Virus record (IMG/VR): IMGVR_UViG_3300026076_000002
DNA from: a virus
Reading direction: 5' to 3' (one strand)
DNA length: 64,000 nt
Below the pieces are notes generated by a model. That model worked only from the letters and a program-made list of their open reading frames with translations. It was not told the DNA's origin and ran no database searches. The position numbers were made by a program, and so were the translations under genes. Shown in pieces: positions 1-9,159 of this stretch; the stretch's first letter is position 1; every line of letters begins with the position of its first letter.

Positions 1-97
1 GTGAATCGACTTACCAGTCGGGTCTCGGACAGTGAGGTAAAAATCTACTAATGTAGCAATGCCCCTTACTTGTTGGTATACATTAATCCAACCTCCC
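1..97 (+). ncRNA. 3' part of a probable manA-type structured RNA motif (cyanophage-associated), truncated by the window start
   Basis: Non-coding, with short stems (CGACT-TACC-AGTCG, CTAC-TAAT-GTAG, TTGG...CCAA) and followed directly by a terminator. Resembles my recollection of cyanophage manA RNA 3' ends; not checked against Rfam. Confidence 0.5.
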
Positions 98-100
98 ACA

Positions 101-124
101 CCTCCACTAAGGAGGTTTTTTTTT
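101..124 (+). terminator. Rho-independent terminator
   Basis: CCTCC-ACTAA-GGAGG stem-loop followed by T9. Confidence 0.85.
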
Positions 125-127
125 GTC

Positions 128-156
128 TTGACATCACCTAAATACTGGTGTATACT
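128..156 (+). promoter_or_regulatory. Sigma70-type promoter for gp32 with an embedded T4-type late promoter
   Basis: TTGACA (128-133), 17-nt spacer, TATACT (151-156); CTAAATA at 138-144. Confidence 0.8.
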
Positions 157-191
157 ATGTTTATTGACAATCAATTAATCCACGAATCTAA

Positions 192-1100
192 ATGTCATTC
201 GCAGATCTAAAGAAACAATCACGACTCGGCAGTCTCACGTCCAAACTGACGACTGAGATAGAAAAGATGTCTAAAGGCACTAAAGTTGGTGCTGATGAGC
301 GTGTATGGAAACCAGAAGTAGACAAAGCAGGTAACGGTTATGCCGTTATCAGATTTCTACCAGCACCAGAAGGTGAAGAACTACCTTGGGCAAAGTTATA
401 TTCACATGCTTTCCAAGGACCTGGTGGTTGGTACATCGAGAACAGTTTAACCACATTGGGTCAGAAAGATCCAGTATCAGAGTACAATAGAATACTTTGG
501 AACAGTGGTGGTGATGGCTCACCTGAACGGGCACAAGCACGTAATCAGAAACGTAAGTTAACTTACATTGCCAACATCTATGTTGTTAAGGATCCAGCAA
601 ACCCACACAATGAAGGTGGAGTATTCCTCTTCAAGTTTGGTAAGAAGATCTTTGATAAGATAACTGCTTCTATGCAACCAGAATATGAGGATGAGACAGC
701 AATTGATCCATTCGATTTCTGGCAGGGTGCTAACTTCAAGATGAAAATTAAGAACGTTGCAGGGTATCGTAACTACGATTCATCAGAGTTTGGTTCAGTT
801 GAACCACTACTAGAAGATGATGATGCACTAGAAGGACTATGGAAGAAACAGTATTCTCTAGAAGAGTTTACTAAACCTACAGAGTTCAAATCATATGCTG
901 ACTTAGAGAAGCGTATGGAGAGTGTACTTAATCCAACCACAAAGACTCCTCGAATAGACCCAGAGGTTGCCGAGGAAGAACAACCTGTATACGTACAGAA
1001 GAAAGAACCTGTTGCAGCACACCCATCTACTTCTAACGAAGGACAAGTTGATGCTGATGATGAGGCACTAAAATACTTCCAACGCCTAGCGGAGGAGTAA
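192..1100 (+). CDS. gp32: Single-stranded DNA-binding protein
   Basis: MSFADLKK N-terminus; GNGYAVIRFLP, HAFQGPGGWYIENSLTT, KFGKKIFDKI, PFDFWQGANF, YRNYDSSEF; acidic C-tail. Confidence 0.97.
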   Translation: MSFADLKKQSRLGSLTSKLTTEIEKMSKGTKVGADERVWKPEVDKAGNGYAVIRFLPAPEGEELPWAKLYSHAFQGPGGWYIENSLTTLGQKDPVSEYNRILWNSGGDGSPERAQARNQKRKLTYIANIYVVKDPANPHNEGGVFLFKFGKKIFDKITASMQPEYEDETAIDPFDFWQGANFKMKIKNVAGYRNYDSSEFGSVEPLLEDDDALEGLWKKQYSLEEFTKPTEFKSYADLEKRMESVLNPTTKTPRIDPEVAEEEQPVYVQKKEPVAAHPSTSNEGQVDADDEALKYFQRLAEE

Positions 1101-1376
1101 GTGTATTACATTGCAGTAGCAAATCTTGACGTAAACCAAGCTTGGAATATGTCTTGGGGTGAAGGCATCCAATTTATATTGGTACTCGCTTTCTTATATT
1201 GGTTAAAGAAGAGGATAGATCTTCACTTTGCCAAGAAGACATCCAAGATTGTGTATAAGGTTAAAGTGGTAGAAGATTCACACATCAGTGTTGATCATGC
1301 TAACATAGATCATGCACACATCGATGACATCGGTGAGATACATGGTGATGTTACCACACATCCAAAGCCTTTTTAG
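1101..1376 (+). CDS. Hypothetical membrane protein with a His/Asp-rich C-terminus
   Basis: GGAGGAG RBS before GTG; one hydrophobic helix (IQFILVLAFLYWL); DHANIDHAHIDD tail. Confidence 0.6.
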   Translation: MYYIAVANLDVNQAWNMSWGEGIQFILVLAFLYWLKKRIDLHFAKKTSKIVYKVKVVEDSHISVDHANIDHAHIDDIGEIHGDVTTHPKPF

Positions 1377-1391
1377 CACAGGCAAATTCGA

Positions 1392-1420
1392 TTTTTAATT
1401 CCCATAATTCGGGAAAAAAA
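1392..1420. terminator. Probable bidirectional terminator between convergent operons
   Basis: TTTTT..TTCCC-ATAATTC-GGGAA-AAAAA between the convergent ends of ORF 1101-1376 and gp53. Confidence 0.5.
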
Positions 1421-1455
1421 TCTCCGCAATTTTTTGGTCAAATACCTTTTTGGAA

Positions 1456-2118
1456 CTATCTTGGGGATAATATCCTTAAGTTAGTTCCTCTTTTATTTCT
1501 AGAATTAATATATTGAGAAGAATTAGTATATGTCATAATTTTCTTCATATCGTCAATTACAAATTCTAACCAATTTGGTCGTAATACCCATATATTCCTT
1601 TTTTCTTCATTTTTCGCAATTTCCCATTCAAACCAAGTTACAGAATTTACTAAATCACTGCCTGTAACGGTTTTATTCGTTTCTTGGTCTAAAAACTCAA
1701 AACTGAAGTTTTGGTCAACTATGTTTCCTTTACCCATTACAAGATTTCCGTTACTATCAGTTATTTTCTTAGTTTCGTAATGATGGACAGATCTTAGTTG
1801 ATCGTCACTATACTTATTGAGCAAATAGTTGTTTAAGTCAGTTTGAGCAATAGGCCACTCTTCACGTACATTTAGTATATTATTAGATATTAGTATAACC
1901 CAATCTAACCCAGAATCACCATAAAGACGTTCTGCAACCTGATCTGGTCTAGTATCACCAATTATTGTAAATTTATCAAAAGAAGTGACATTTTGGAATA
2001 AGTCATCTCTTATTTTTGCACGTTTAAATAAATTCTTAGATAATGTATAATCTAAGCTTGAATTGTGCTTATTATACGTTGGTAACTGTATATTTGGGAA
2101 TAAGTCGAAATAAGCCAT
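1456..2118 (-). CDS. gp53: Baseplate wedge subunit
   Basis: MAYFDLFPN start, RPDQVAERLYG (LysM-like), WVILISNNI, VHHYET, NEEKRNI. Confidence 0.92.
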   Translation of the reverse strand: MAYFDLFPNIQLPTYNKHNSSLDYTLSKNLFKRAKIRDDLFQNVTSFDKFTIIGDTRPDQVAERLYGDSGLDWVILISNNILNVREEWPIAQTDLNNYLLNKYSDDQLRSVHHYETKKITDSNGNLVMGKGNIVDQNFSFEFLDQETNKTVTGSDLVNSVTWFEWEIAKNEEKRNIWVLRPNWLEFVIDDMKKIMTYTNSSQYINSRNKRGTNLRILSPR

Positions 2119-3653
2119 TAGAATCCTACATCATCGGGTTTTTCTTGGAAACCGCCTAAATCAGACGTGTTTGCTTGAAGGTCTTTTAGGTCTGAAAATT
2201 CAGTACCCCATACAGTGTCCTCATAATGATCTTGGAATATAGGTGTTAACTCAGTAAAGTCACAAGTCATATTACTTCTTACTGGCATAGCACCTGCATT
2301 ATCATCATTATATGTCATCCATGAGTTTTCAGGAGTGTAGTTTATTGCACATTTAGTCATAGCACATATCTTCATCATACCAACACCACCTATTCTGTGA
2401 TCACCACTTCTAAAACGTATCCTGAACACATCTGGAGTATCTATGAATAGTCTATTTCCACTATTTCTCGATGGAGACATACATTTTTTCAAAAACTTTT
2501 GAATCTTTCTTACTTCAGATGCTTCATATGAGTCATTTGGTGCAAATAAGAAGTTAAATGAGAAATTCCTTAACTTAGGACCATTGAATAGTAGTTCTAA
2601 ATTAGGGTTTATTGCTGAACCAGTAGCACGTGTCATCATTTGTCCTGGATCTACATTTATACCAAGACTACCTAGTGCAAATTGTGCTCCAAATGCACTT
2701 GCAAGCTTTTTGAATTCATCATCACCTTCTCCTAGATTGTTTATCATATTTTTAGCACTATTAGCTCCTGTTATACCAAGAGCCCATGGATCTGCACCAA
2801 ACTGCCTAAGTGAGTTTGCTGCACCCATGAACGCAGCAGTAGTAAATGCATTAGCACTTTCATCACCCCACGAAATGCCGTTAGACATTTGTAATTCATT
2901 AGGTATTGGTAATTTAACTAAACCATGGTATTCTTGTATATTACTATTTCTATCTAAACCTTTAGTTATAGTATCTGTGGTAAATGTATCCTTGTCATTT
3001 TTCCAAGGTTCTTTTTTGGTTCCTCCCTTATCATTTTTATCAAAAGCCTTAGCCAGATGAGATTGAGGTGCTCTATACTTAAATGCTTCTATTATTAGAT
3101 GATCTTGTATATTATTCTTTTCGTAAGCACCTTTTGGATATGTATATCCAACTATTTTATCAGCATCTGGTATTGGTTGTATTCCTATACTTGAATTAGT
3201 TTCATCATTTTCCTCAATTATAGCTGTATCAGTATTACTTGTAGATATACCTGTTATGTCAGTTTCTTTAGTTATTAAATCAGCTTCTACACCATTTGAT
3301 ACTTCTTCTATTTCGGCAAATACTTCACCATTACCTGATCTATCAGCTGCTTGTGATGCTCTATTGTAAAATTCTGGACCTGCTTTCTTTAATTGGAGTT
3401 TATGTTTTGCTAGTATTTGTGACCATCTTTCCTTTGTTTCTTCATCTTGTAGTACTAAATCTCTTACATTATCCTTGACTTCATAACCACCTATGCCAAA
3501 TCTAGATGTAGTAACTTTGACTATATCAAGATAATCATTATTATTGACATCAGTGCTATATTGTATAGCGTAAACCCTACCATCTAGTTTTACAGTAAAT
3601 CTAGAAAGGGTAGATCCCCATGGTAGAGCACCTTGTTTTTTATTCATTTCCAC
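2118..3653 (-). CDS. gp48: Baseplate tail-tube cap, with an N-terminal extension
   Basis: LPIPN, INPNLELLFNGPKLRNFSFNF, PDVFRI, NYTP, FTELTPI motifs; synteny. Confidence 0.85.
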   Translation of the reverse strand: MEMNKKQGALPWGSTLSRFTVKLDGRVYAIQYSTDVNNNDYLDIVKVTTSRFGIGGYEVKDNVRDLVLQDEETKERWSQILAKHKLQLKKAGPEFYNRASQAADRSGNGEVFAEIEEVSNGVEADLITKETDITGISTSNTDTAIIEENDETNSSIGIQPIPDADKIVGYTYPKGAYEKNNIQDHLIIEAFKYRAPQSHLAKAFDKNDKGGTKKEPWKNDKDTFTTDTITKGLDRNSNIQEYHGLVKLPIPNELQMSNGISWGDESANAFTTAAFMGAANSLRQFGADPWALGITGANSAKNMINNLGEGDDEFKKLASAFGAQFALGSLGINVDPGQMMTRATGSAINPNLELLFNGPKLRNFSFNFLFAPNDSYEASEVRKIQKFLKKCMSPSRNSGNRLFIDTPDVFRIRFRSGDHRIGGVGMMKICAMTKCAINYTPENSWMTYNDDNAGAMPVRSNMTCDFTELTPIFQDHYEDTVWGTEFSDLKDLQANTSDLGGFQEKPDDVGF

Positions 3654-4072
3654 ATACTCCTATTTGATACAGGAACTTCCGTTCCACGAAAAGTTCTTAC
3701 GAAATCTTCTGTTGGTAGAGCAATTGCTAGTTCCCATTCTTCCATTGGAATATCCAGAAATGGTGATTCTACTTCCGATTTCAAGTATTTATGGAACCCA
3801 CTGCTACCAAACATAAATCTATCCCATTCAGGATCGGCACTTTCCCTTAATCCATCTATTGTTTCTAATATATCCTTTCTTGCATTAATTGGATAATAAT
3901 GTAAATTACATCCATAAAAGAATCCACCAGCATCTATAGCAACGTATAAACAAGGTGTTTTGTCATATACTATCTTATCTGCAAGTTTTGCCTTATACCT
4001 AAACATGACAAGATGTCCTATTTCAGGTGATGTGACAAGTTTTGAGTTTGGTAGGTTGCTAGTTAATTCCAA
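3644..4072 (-). CDS. gp2: DNA end protector protein
   Basis: MFRYKAK, YDKTP, FYGCNLHY, HKYL, EWELAIALPTEDF; lies next to gp4. Confidence 0.8.
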   Translation of the reverse strand: MELTSNLPNSKLVTSPEIGHLVMFRYKAKLADKIVYDKTPCLYVAIDAGGFFYGCNLHYYPINARKDILETIDGLRESADPEWDRFMFGSSGFHKYLKSEVESPFLDIPMEEWELAIALPTEDFVRTFRGTEVPVSNRSMWK

Positions 4073-4496
4073 GTTCTTTTTCGGTTAGTACTTTAAAATC
4101 CCATCTTCTATCTTTACAATATTCTTCTGCTGCTTTCCATTTTGCCTGATTTTTGGCATACTCATATACTTCTGCAACATACTTTTTAGTTCTTCTTTTT
4201 TGTTGTTTTGGTGGATTTACTTGTTTTAGTGGTTTGATCTCAATTATACTTTCTAAGGTTTTACCCTTATTATCAACGTATTTAATATAGAAGTCTGGAA
4301 AGTATCTGTGGTATTTTTCATCTATTGGTGATTTGTAACGTATTACATGTTCTTCAGATGCCCACTTTATTATATTCTTATTAGTATCGCAATATTTCAT
4401 AAATTTTAGTTCCCATAAAGACCTAAAAACTATGTTTGTTGGGTCACCCTTGTATTTTCTAGGTTTAGTTGGTCTAAACTTCCCACTATAAGCCAT
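4059..4496 (-). CDS. gp4: Head completion protein (TnsA-like nuclease fold)
   Basis: MAYSGKF, KYKGDPTNIVFRSLWE, WASEE, HRYFPDF, EIKP, NQAKWKAA. Confidence 0.95.
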   Translation of the reverse strand: MAYSGKFRPTKPRKYKGDPTNIVFRSLWELKFMKYCDTNKNIIKWASEEHVIRYKSPIDEKYHRYFPDFYIKYVDNKGKTLESIIEIKPLKQVNPPKQQKRRTKKYVAEVYEYAKNQAKWKAAEEYCKDRRWDFKVLTEKELGIN

Positions 4497-4525
4497 ACAT
4501 AGTATATAATGTTAGTCTTATTTAG
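4495..4525. promoter_or_regulatory. Divergent late promoters
   Basis: TATTTAG (CTAAATA on the minus strand) at 4519-4525 and an ATACATA variant at 4495-4501. Confidence 0.55.
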
Positions 4526-4530
4526 AATAG

Positions 4531-5499
4531 ATGGCTGGGAAGGAACTATTTGCTGGAGAAAGATTTAGAATACCTACCAATCAACTTTGGACAGTAGGTA
4601 CTGAATCTGGTGTAGTACCAGCATTTAATAATGTATATGATGTGTGGATAGATTTTAATAGTGCATTTAGTGATGATGGCAGCACTTTAGCGGGTTTTAT
4701 CAATTCATATGGTATGAATAATAGTAATTTGACAGCTAATCCTGGTGATTATCTGGCATTATTTTGTTCTGAAGCAGTATTACCATCAACTAATATAGAA
4801 GTCAGTTCAGTTAGGGGTCTTAGACAGGGAATATCACAGGGATATGCAGCATATAGAACATTTCCTGATGTAACATTGACATTTTATTCTCAAAGAGATT
4901 ACTTCACTAATGATGTTTTTAATGCATGGACTGAATATATTTCTCCAACACATGTTCATGGTACAACCAAATTTGGTGAAAGCACTAAGGATAGGATGAA
5001 TGATCAATTTGCATATAGGAAGATGAAATATCCCAACACATATAAGTGTGATATGAAGATAACAGCATTTACAAGGGATATTGTGAGTAAGTGGGATAGA
5101 TTATATAAAAATGGTTATATAGAAGTTCCAAATAGCATTCAATATAGTCTAATGAATGTATTTCCAGTTAGTGTTGTTGCTTCACCACTAGCATATGGGG
5201 ATGCTGAGTTACTTAAAACAACTGTTACCTTTAACTATGAGACATACTATACAGATAGAACTAAAATATCATATCAGCATGATACACCAGATACTCTAAG
5301 CTTTTTTGATAAAAATGATAATTATACTGGAGATCAACTTAATGGTGTTGATAAAATGAATACTCCATTGGGTCTAAATTTTGGATATACTGAAGAGTCT
5401 GATGAAAATCAGGTTAGGACACCATTTGCAGAAGATAAAAAATTAGTTGAATCGATAAGTTATTTTGATAAAGATGGTAATTTTATTGGCGATCAGTAA
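4531..5499 (+). CDS. Tail-tube-like baseplate protein (gp54/gp19 family)
   Basis: CSEAVLPS, LTFY, FNAWTEYI, YPNTYK, NVFPVSV..PLAYG, TVTFNYE pattern of T4 tube-fold proteins; synteny. Confidence 0.75.
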   Translation: MAGKELFAGERFRIPTNQLWTVGTESGVVPAFNNVYDVWIDFNSAFSDDGSTLAGFINSYGMNNSNLTANPGDYLALFCSEAVLPSTNIEVSSVRGLRQGISQGYAAYRTFPDVTLTFYSQRDYFTNDVFNAWTEYISPTHVHGTTKFGESTKDRMNDQFAYRKMKYPNTYKCDMKITAFTRDIVSKWDRLYKNGYIEVPNSIQYSLMNVFPVSVVASPLAYGDAELLKTTVTFNYETYYTDRTKISYQHDTPDTLSFFDKNDNYTGDQLNGVDKMNTPLGLNFGYTEESDENQVRTPFAEDKKLVESISYFDKDGNFIGDQ

Positions 5500-5505
5500 A
5501 GCTCA

Positions 5506-5512
5506 CTAAATA
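5506..5512 (+). promoter_or_regulatory. T4-type late promoter
   Basis: CTAAATA upstream of gp26. Confidence 0.7.
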
Positions 5513-5533
5513 AAGCTACTGTAATGAATTGTT

Positions 5534-6259
5534 ATGCCTTTACCCAAGGTTGTTACACCAACCTATGAACTGAAGTTACTATCTACAGGCAAGACATGTA
5601 AGTATCGACCATTCCTTGTTAAGGAAGAAAAGGTACTATTACTTGCCCTTGAGGATGGTGACTCAAAAACTATATCTACTGCCATTAATAAGGTTCTTAA
5701 GAACTGCATAATGACACGTGGTGTTAGAATCGAAAATCTACCCAGTTTCGATATTGAATACTTATTTCTGAATATACGTGGAAAGTCTGTTGGTGAAACA
5801 GTAGAACTAAACGTAGTATGTGAGGATGATGGTAAGACTCAAGTTCCACTAACAGTTGATGTTGGTGATATTAAATTGGTTGTACCAGATGAACATAATG
5901 AAGACGTTGATTTGGGTAGTGGGTTACATATTAAGTTGAAGTATCCTTCAATGCAAGAGTTCCTTAATACGAACTTTAATGTAACTGAGAACAAAGGTGA
6001 CACTATTGATACTGCCTTTAAGTCAGTAGCAAAGTGTATAGACACGATTTATAATGAAGAGGAAGCATGGTCTTCCACAGACTACTCTGAAAGGGAACTT
6101 GTAGATTTCATTGAACAACTTGACTCTAGCCAGTTTGCTAAAGTTGAGAAATTCTTTGCAACAATGCCTAAGTTGCAGTACAAGACCACTGTTGTTAATC
6201 CTAATACAAAGGCTGAGAATGAGATAGTAATTGAGGGCTTGTCATCTTTTTTCGCATAA
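5534..6259 (+). CDS. gp26: Baseplate hub subunit
   Basis: MPLPKV.TPTYEL, YRPFLVKEEK, FDIEYLFLNIRGKSVGE, FFATMPKL, IEGLSSFF. Confidence 0.95.
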   Translation: MPLPKVVTPTYELKLLSTGKTCKYRPFLVKEEKVLLLALEDGDSKTISTAINKVLKNCIMTRGVRIENLPSFDIEYLFLNIRGKSVGETVELNVVCEDDGKTQVPLTVDVGDIKLVVPDEHNEDVDLGSGLHIKLKYPSMQEFLNTNFNVTENKGDTIDTAFKSVAKCIDTIYNEEEAWSSTDYSERELVDFIEQLDSSQFAKVEKFFATMPKLQYKTTVVNPNTKAENEIVIEGLSSFFA

Positions 6260-6441
6260 TGCTATATCATAGCAGTGTGGATTCTTTTTATGAAATTAAT
6301 TTTGCATTAATGCATTATCATAAGTGGAGTCTATCTGAAATTGAGAATATGATACCTTTTGAAAGAGACATTTATATGAAATATCTACTAAATGCTCTGG
6401 AGAAAGAAAGACTAGAAGCACAGCAAGCAGCTAATGCCTAG
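6259..6441 (+). CDS. gp51: Baseplate hub assembly catalyst
   Basis: NFALMHYHKWSLSEIENMIPFERDIY. Confidence 0.9.
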   Translation: MLYHSSVDSFYEINFALMHYHKWSLSEIENMIPFERDIYMKYLLNALEKERLEAQQAANA

Positions 6442-7894
6442 AAGAAAAAAGTATACTGGTGATGTACTACCTAAGTCTCGGATGTTTCCGATGGCTGAAC
6501 CTGAACGTCAAAATACTGCCACTGAACCTTTGGTTAGAAGGTTAGACGTTGCTGGTGCAAAGTTGGAGAAGATGCAGCAACAGATAGAAGATAATAAAGG
6601 ATTGACACCGAAGATATTGAGGAATTTGGGTAAGGTAACATTAGAATTTGAACAGGTTAATAATAATCTTGACAGTTTAAGGGGTACTATATTAAGAGAC
6701 ATGTCTGCTAAACGTAGGTTTATGCAACAGGAACGTAGACTTATAAAGGAAGAGAAGAAGGTTATAGAAGAAACAAGTAAAAATATAAGTATTTCTAGGA
6801 TAGCATTTGGTGCTGTAGCAGGTTTTGCAGCAATTAATAATCTTAAAGACGGTGATATTGGTGGATTTTTAGGTAATACTTTACTTGCTGGAGCAGTAAA
6901 TGCTGATATAGTAAGTAGTATTGTAGGTGGTCTTGGTTTAGGTGCTTTATTACGTGGTCGTGGAGCTCAAACAGCAACACGGGTTACTCAGGGTGTTGGT
7001 GTGAGTAAGGGTATGGGATTGATGAAACATCTAAAGAATCCTAAGATAGGAATACCATTAGCACTTTTAAGTTTGCTAGGACTATCTCAGATGGGTAAAG
7101 CAAATGCATCAGAACCAATAACTTCTACTGGTACTGGTATTGATAAGAAAGATCTTAGTAGATTTGATGCATTAAATCAACAGTTTCAAGCTGCTTTAGT
7201 ACCTTTAATAAAACTGACCAATAAAGGTAATATATTAGCTGGTGCAATGACAGACGCACAAGAATTGAACTTAAGTGATGAAGATTATAAGTGGTTAGCA
7301 TATGGTGTATCAGCAGAAGCTGCTAGGGGTACTGATGATGAGCATGCTGTAGCAGCATCTATCTTGAATAGGGTATCATCAAAACATTTCCCTAATAGTA
7401 TAAAGGAGGTTGTGTTACAAGAGAATCAATATGAGGCAGTTACTAAAGAACGTGCATTCCATGATAAGAAATTACAAAATCAATTATCATCTATTGAAGG
7501 ACAGAATAAAATTGCAAGTGCATTAGCACTACTAGAAGGTAGAACAGATTTTAAAGGTCAAAGTCAATTACATAATAGAGTTGAGAAAGAAGACCCTATG
7601 TTTGATGAGAAGGGTAACTTCTATCATTATTGGTGGCAACAACCTGGTGCAGTAAAACCTGAAGGATGGAAGCAACCTAACTGGCAACAGTTCATGTCAA
7701 TAAATCAGGATCCTGATGAGACAACAAAGGTTAAGACAAATAATAGTATGGTATTACCTTTCATGTCTGCACAGAATAAAGGTGGTGGTTCAACACCGCC
7801 ATCTTCACCTAGCACTGGAAGTTTGCAATGCTTCCCTGATTTTAAATCAGTAGATGAGTTTGCTTGTAATCTATTATTAGGTGCTGGTACATGA
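6434..7894 (+). CDS. Virion/baseplate-hub protein with a C-terminal SleB-like (Hydrolase_2) cell-wall hydrolase domain
   Basis: Coiled-coil and hydrophobic Gly-rich N-half; LAYGVSAEA..AVAASILNRV..FPNSIKEVVLQENQYEAV is the SleB signature. Confidence 0.75.
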   Translation: MPRRKKYTGDVLPKSRMFPMAEPERQNTATEPLVRRLDVAGAKLEKMQQQIEDNKGLTPKILRNLGKVTLEFEQVNNNLDSLRGTILRDMSAKRRFMQQERRLIKEEKKVIEETSKNISISRIAFGAVAGFAAINNLKDGDIGGFLGNTLLAGAVNADIVSSIVGGLGLGALLRGRGAQTATRVTQGVGVSKGMGLMKHLKNPKIGIPLALLSLLGLSQMGKANASEPITSTGTGIDKKDLSRFDALNQQFQAALVPLIKLTNKGNILAGAMTDAQELNLSDEDYKWLAYGVSAEAARGTDDEHAVAASILNRVSSKHFPNSIKEVVLQENQYEAVTKERAFHDKKLQNQLSSIEGQNKIASALALLEGRTDFKGQSQLHNRVEKEDPMFDEKGNFYHYWWQQPGAVKPEGWKQPNWQQFMSINQDPDETTKVKTNNSMVLPFMSAQNKGGGSTPPSSPSTGSLQCFPDFKSVDEFACNLLLGAGT

Positions 7895-9159
7895 CAATAG
7901 ATAGTAGCAAATTAATACCAAAGACAGAAGCAATAAAGTTTAAGACTGCAAGGTTAGTCAATGTTTATAGTAGATCTAATTATCTTGATAATAGATATTT
8001 GAAGCAAAATATCTTATTCAAAGAGGACTTATTTAAGGAGAAGGAGAAATTATATGATAGTCTTAGTAAGAGTCAGAAAGATCTTGGTGATGATGTAAAA
8101 AGGGGAGCTATTAAGTTAGGTATATTAGGTGGTGTAGGTGGTGCAGGTTTGTTTAGTAGATTATTTAAAAAAGGAAAAGCACCTAAAGTAAAGATTACAG
8201 GTGATGTTCTTAAAAATACCAAACTTCCAAAGGCAAAGGGAGTTGGTTTAGGTGGTGGTATATTGAATTTTGGTCTTGATGTAGCGTCAGGAACACCAGT
8301 AGATGAAGCAGCTGTTGGTAGTGGTGGATTCTGGGCTGGTGCAAAGATAGGTGCTGGATTGGGATTCTTTATACCAGATGGACCTTTGATGGTTGCTGGT
8401 GAACTTGTTGGTGGTCTTGTTGGTGGACTTATAGGTGAGGCAGCAGTTAAAAAGTTATATCGTAAGATGATGGGTAGGGAGGAAAATTCACAAGATGTAG
8501 TTGATAAGATTGAACCAGAACCTGTAGTGAATCATTTTGACAACTCCCTTACTCTTTATAGTAGATCTGTAGAGATGATGGAATCTGTTAACTGGGAAAA
8601 ACTTATTGCTAAGAATGAGGATAAGAAGGAGGACAAGGGAAAGTCGCAGGAAGAAAAGAAAGTTGATCCACAGACTCCTATAGTAGAAAAGGGTAAAGAT
8701 ACTATAACTGAGAACAATATAACAGAAAAAGAATTCCACACAACTGAGATAACCAAGATTATCGAGAAGGTCAATACTAATAAAGAACTTACAGTACGTG
8801 AGAGAACACTACTTGTAGATAATGGTATAGATGATTTTGCTGTTGGTGGTAAGACTCAATCTATTGTGGGTGATCTTGTAACATTAGGTGCTAGTGCTGC
8901 TGTAGCAGTTAAAGCACCAGTTATAGCATCTAAAACTATGTCTGGTGTCAATCTATGGAATAATGTGAAACAAACTATCAGTAGGAAAAAGAAATTAGAT
9001 AATGTAGTTACTAATGATATTACACCATTTAATGTCCCTATTAAGGATGCTACTGGTATTGTTATTAATCAGAATAGTGGTGGTATGAGGAATTTATATA
9101 GTAGAAATACTAATACTATAAGTTGGACTGAGATAATACGTCAAGCGAGGACACAATGA
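7891..9159 (+). CDS. Hypothetical virion protein (tape-measure/gp29-like region) with glycine-zipper segments
   Basis: GAKIGAGLG..GGLVGGLIG helices; located in the hub operon. Confidence 0.5.
   Translation: MTIDSSKLIPKTEAIKFKTARLVNVYSRSNYLDNRYLKQNILFKEDLFKEKEKLYDSLSKSQKDLGDDVKRGAIKLGILGGVGGAGLFSRLFKKGKAPKVKITGDVLKNTKLPKAKGVGLGGGILNFGLDVASGTPVDEAAVGSGGFWAGAKIGAGLGFFIPDGPLMVAGELVGGLVGGLIGEAAVKKLYRKMMGREENSQDVVDKIEPEPVVNHFDNSLTLYSRSVEMMESVNWEKLIAKNEDKKEDKGKSQEEKKVDPQTPIVEKGKDTITENNITEKEFHTTEITKIIEKVNTNKELTVRERTLLVDNGIDDFAVGGKTQSIVGDLVTLGASAAVAVKAPVIASKTMSGVNLWNNVKQTISRKKKLDNVVTNDITPFNVPIKDATGIVINQNSGGMRNLYSRNTNTISWTEIIRQARTQ

Noticed and set aside
2584-3060. 158-aa plus-strand ORF, and similar antisense ORFs across the structural genes
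   Set aside because: Lies wholly opposite a well-supported gene; a typical shadow ORF
4059-4496. TnsA-like transposase or homing endonuclease
   Set aside because: Motifs and synteny identify core gp4; no terminal repeats
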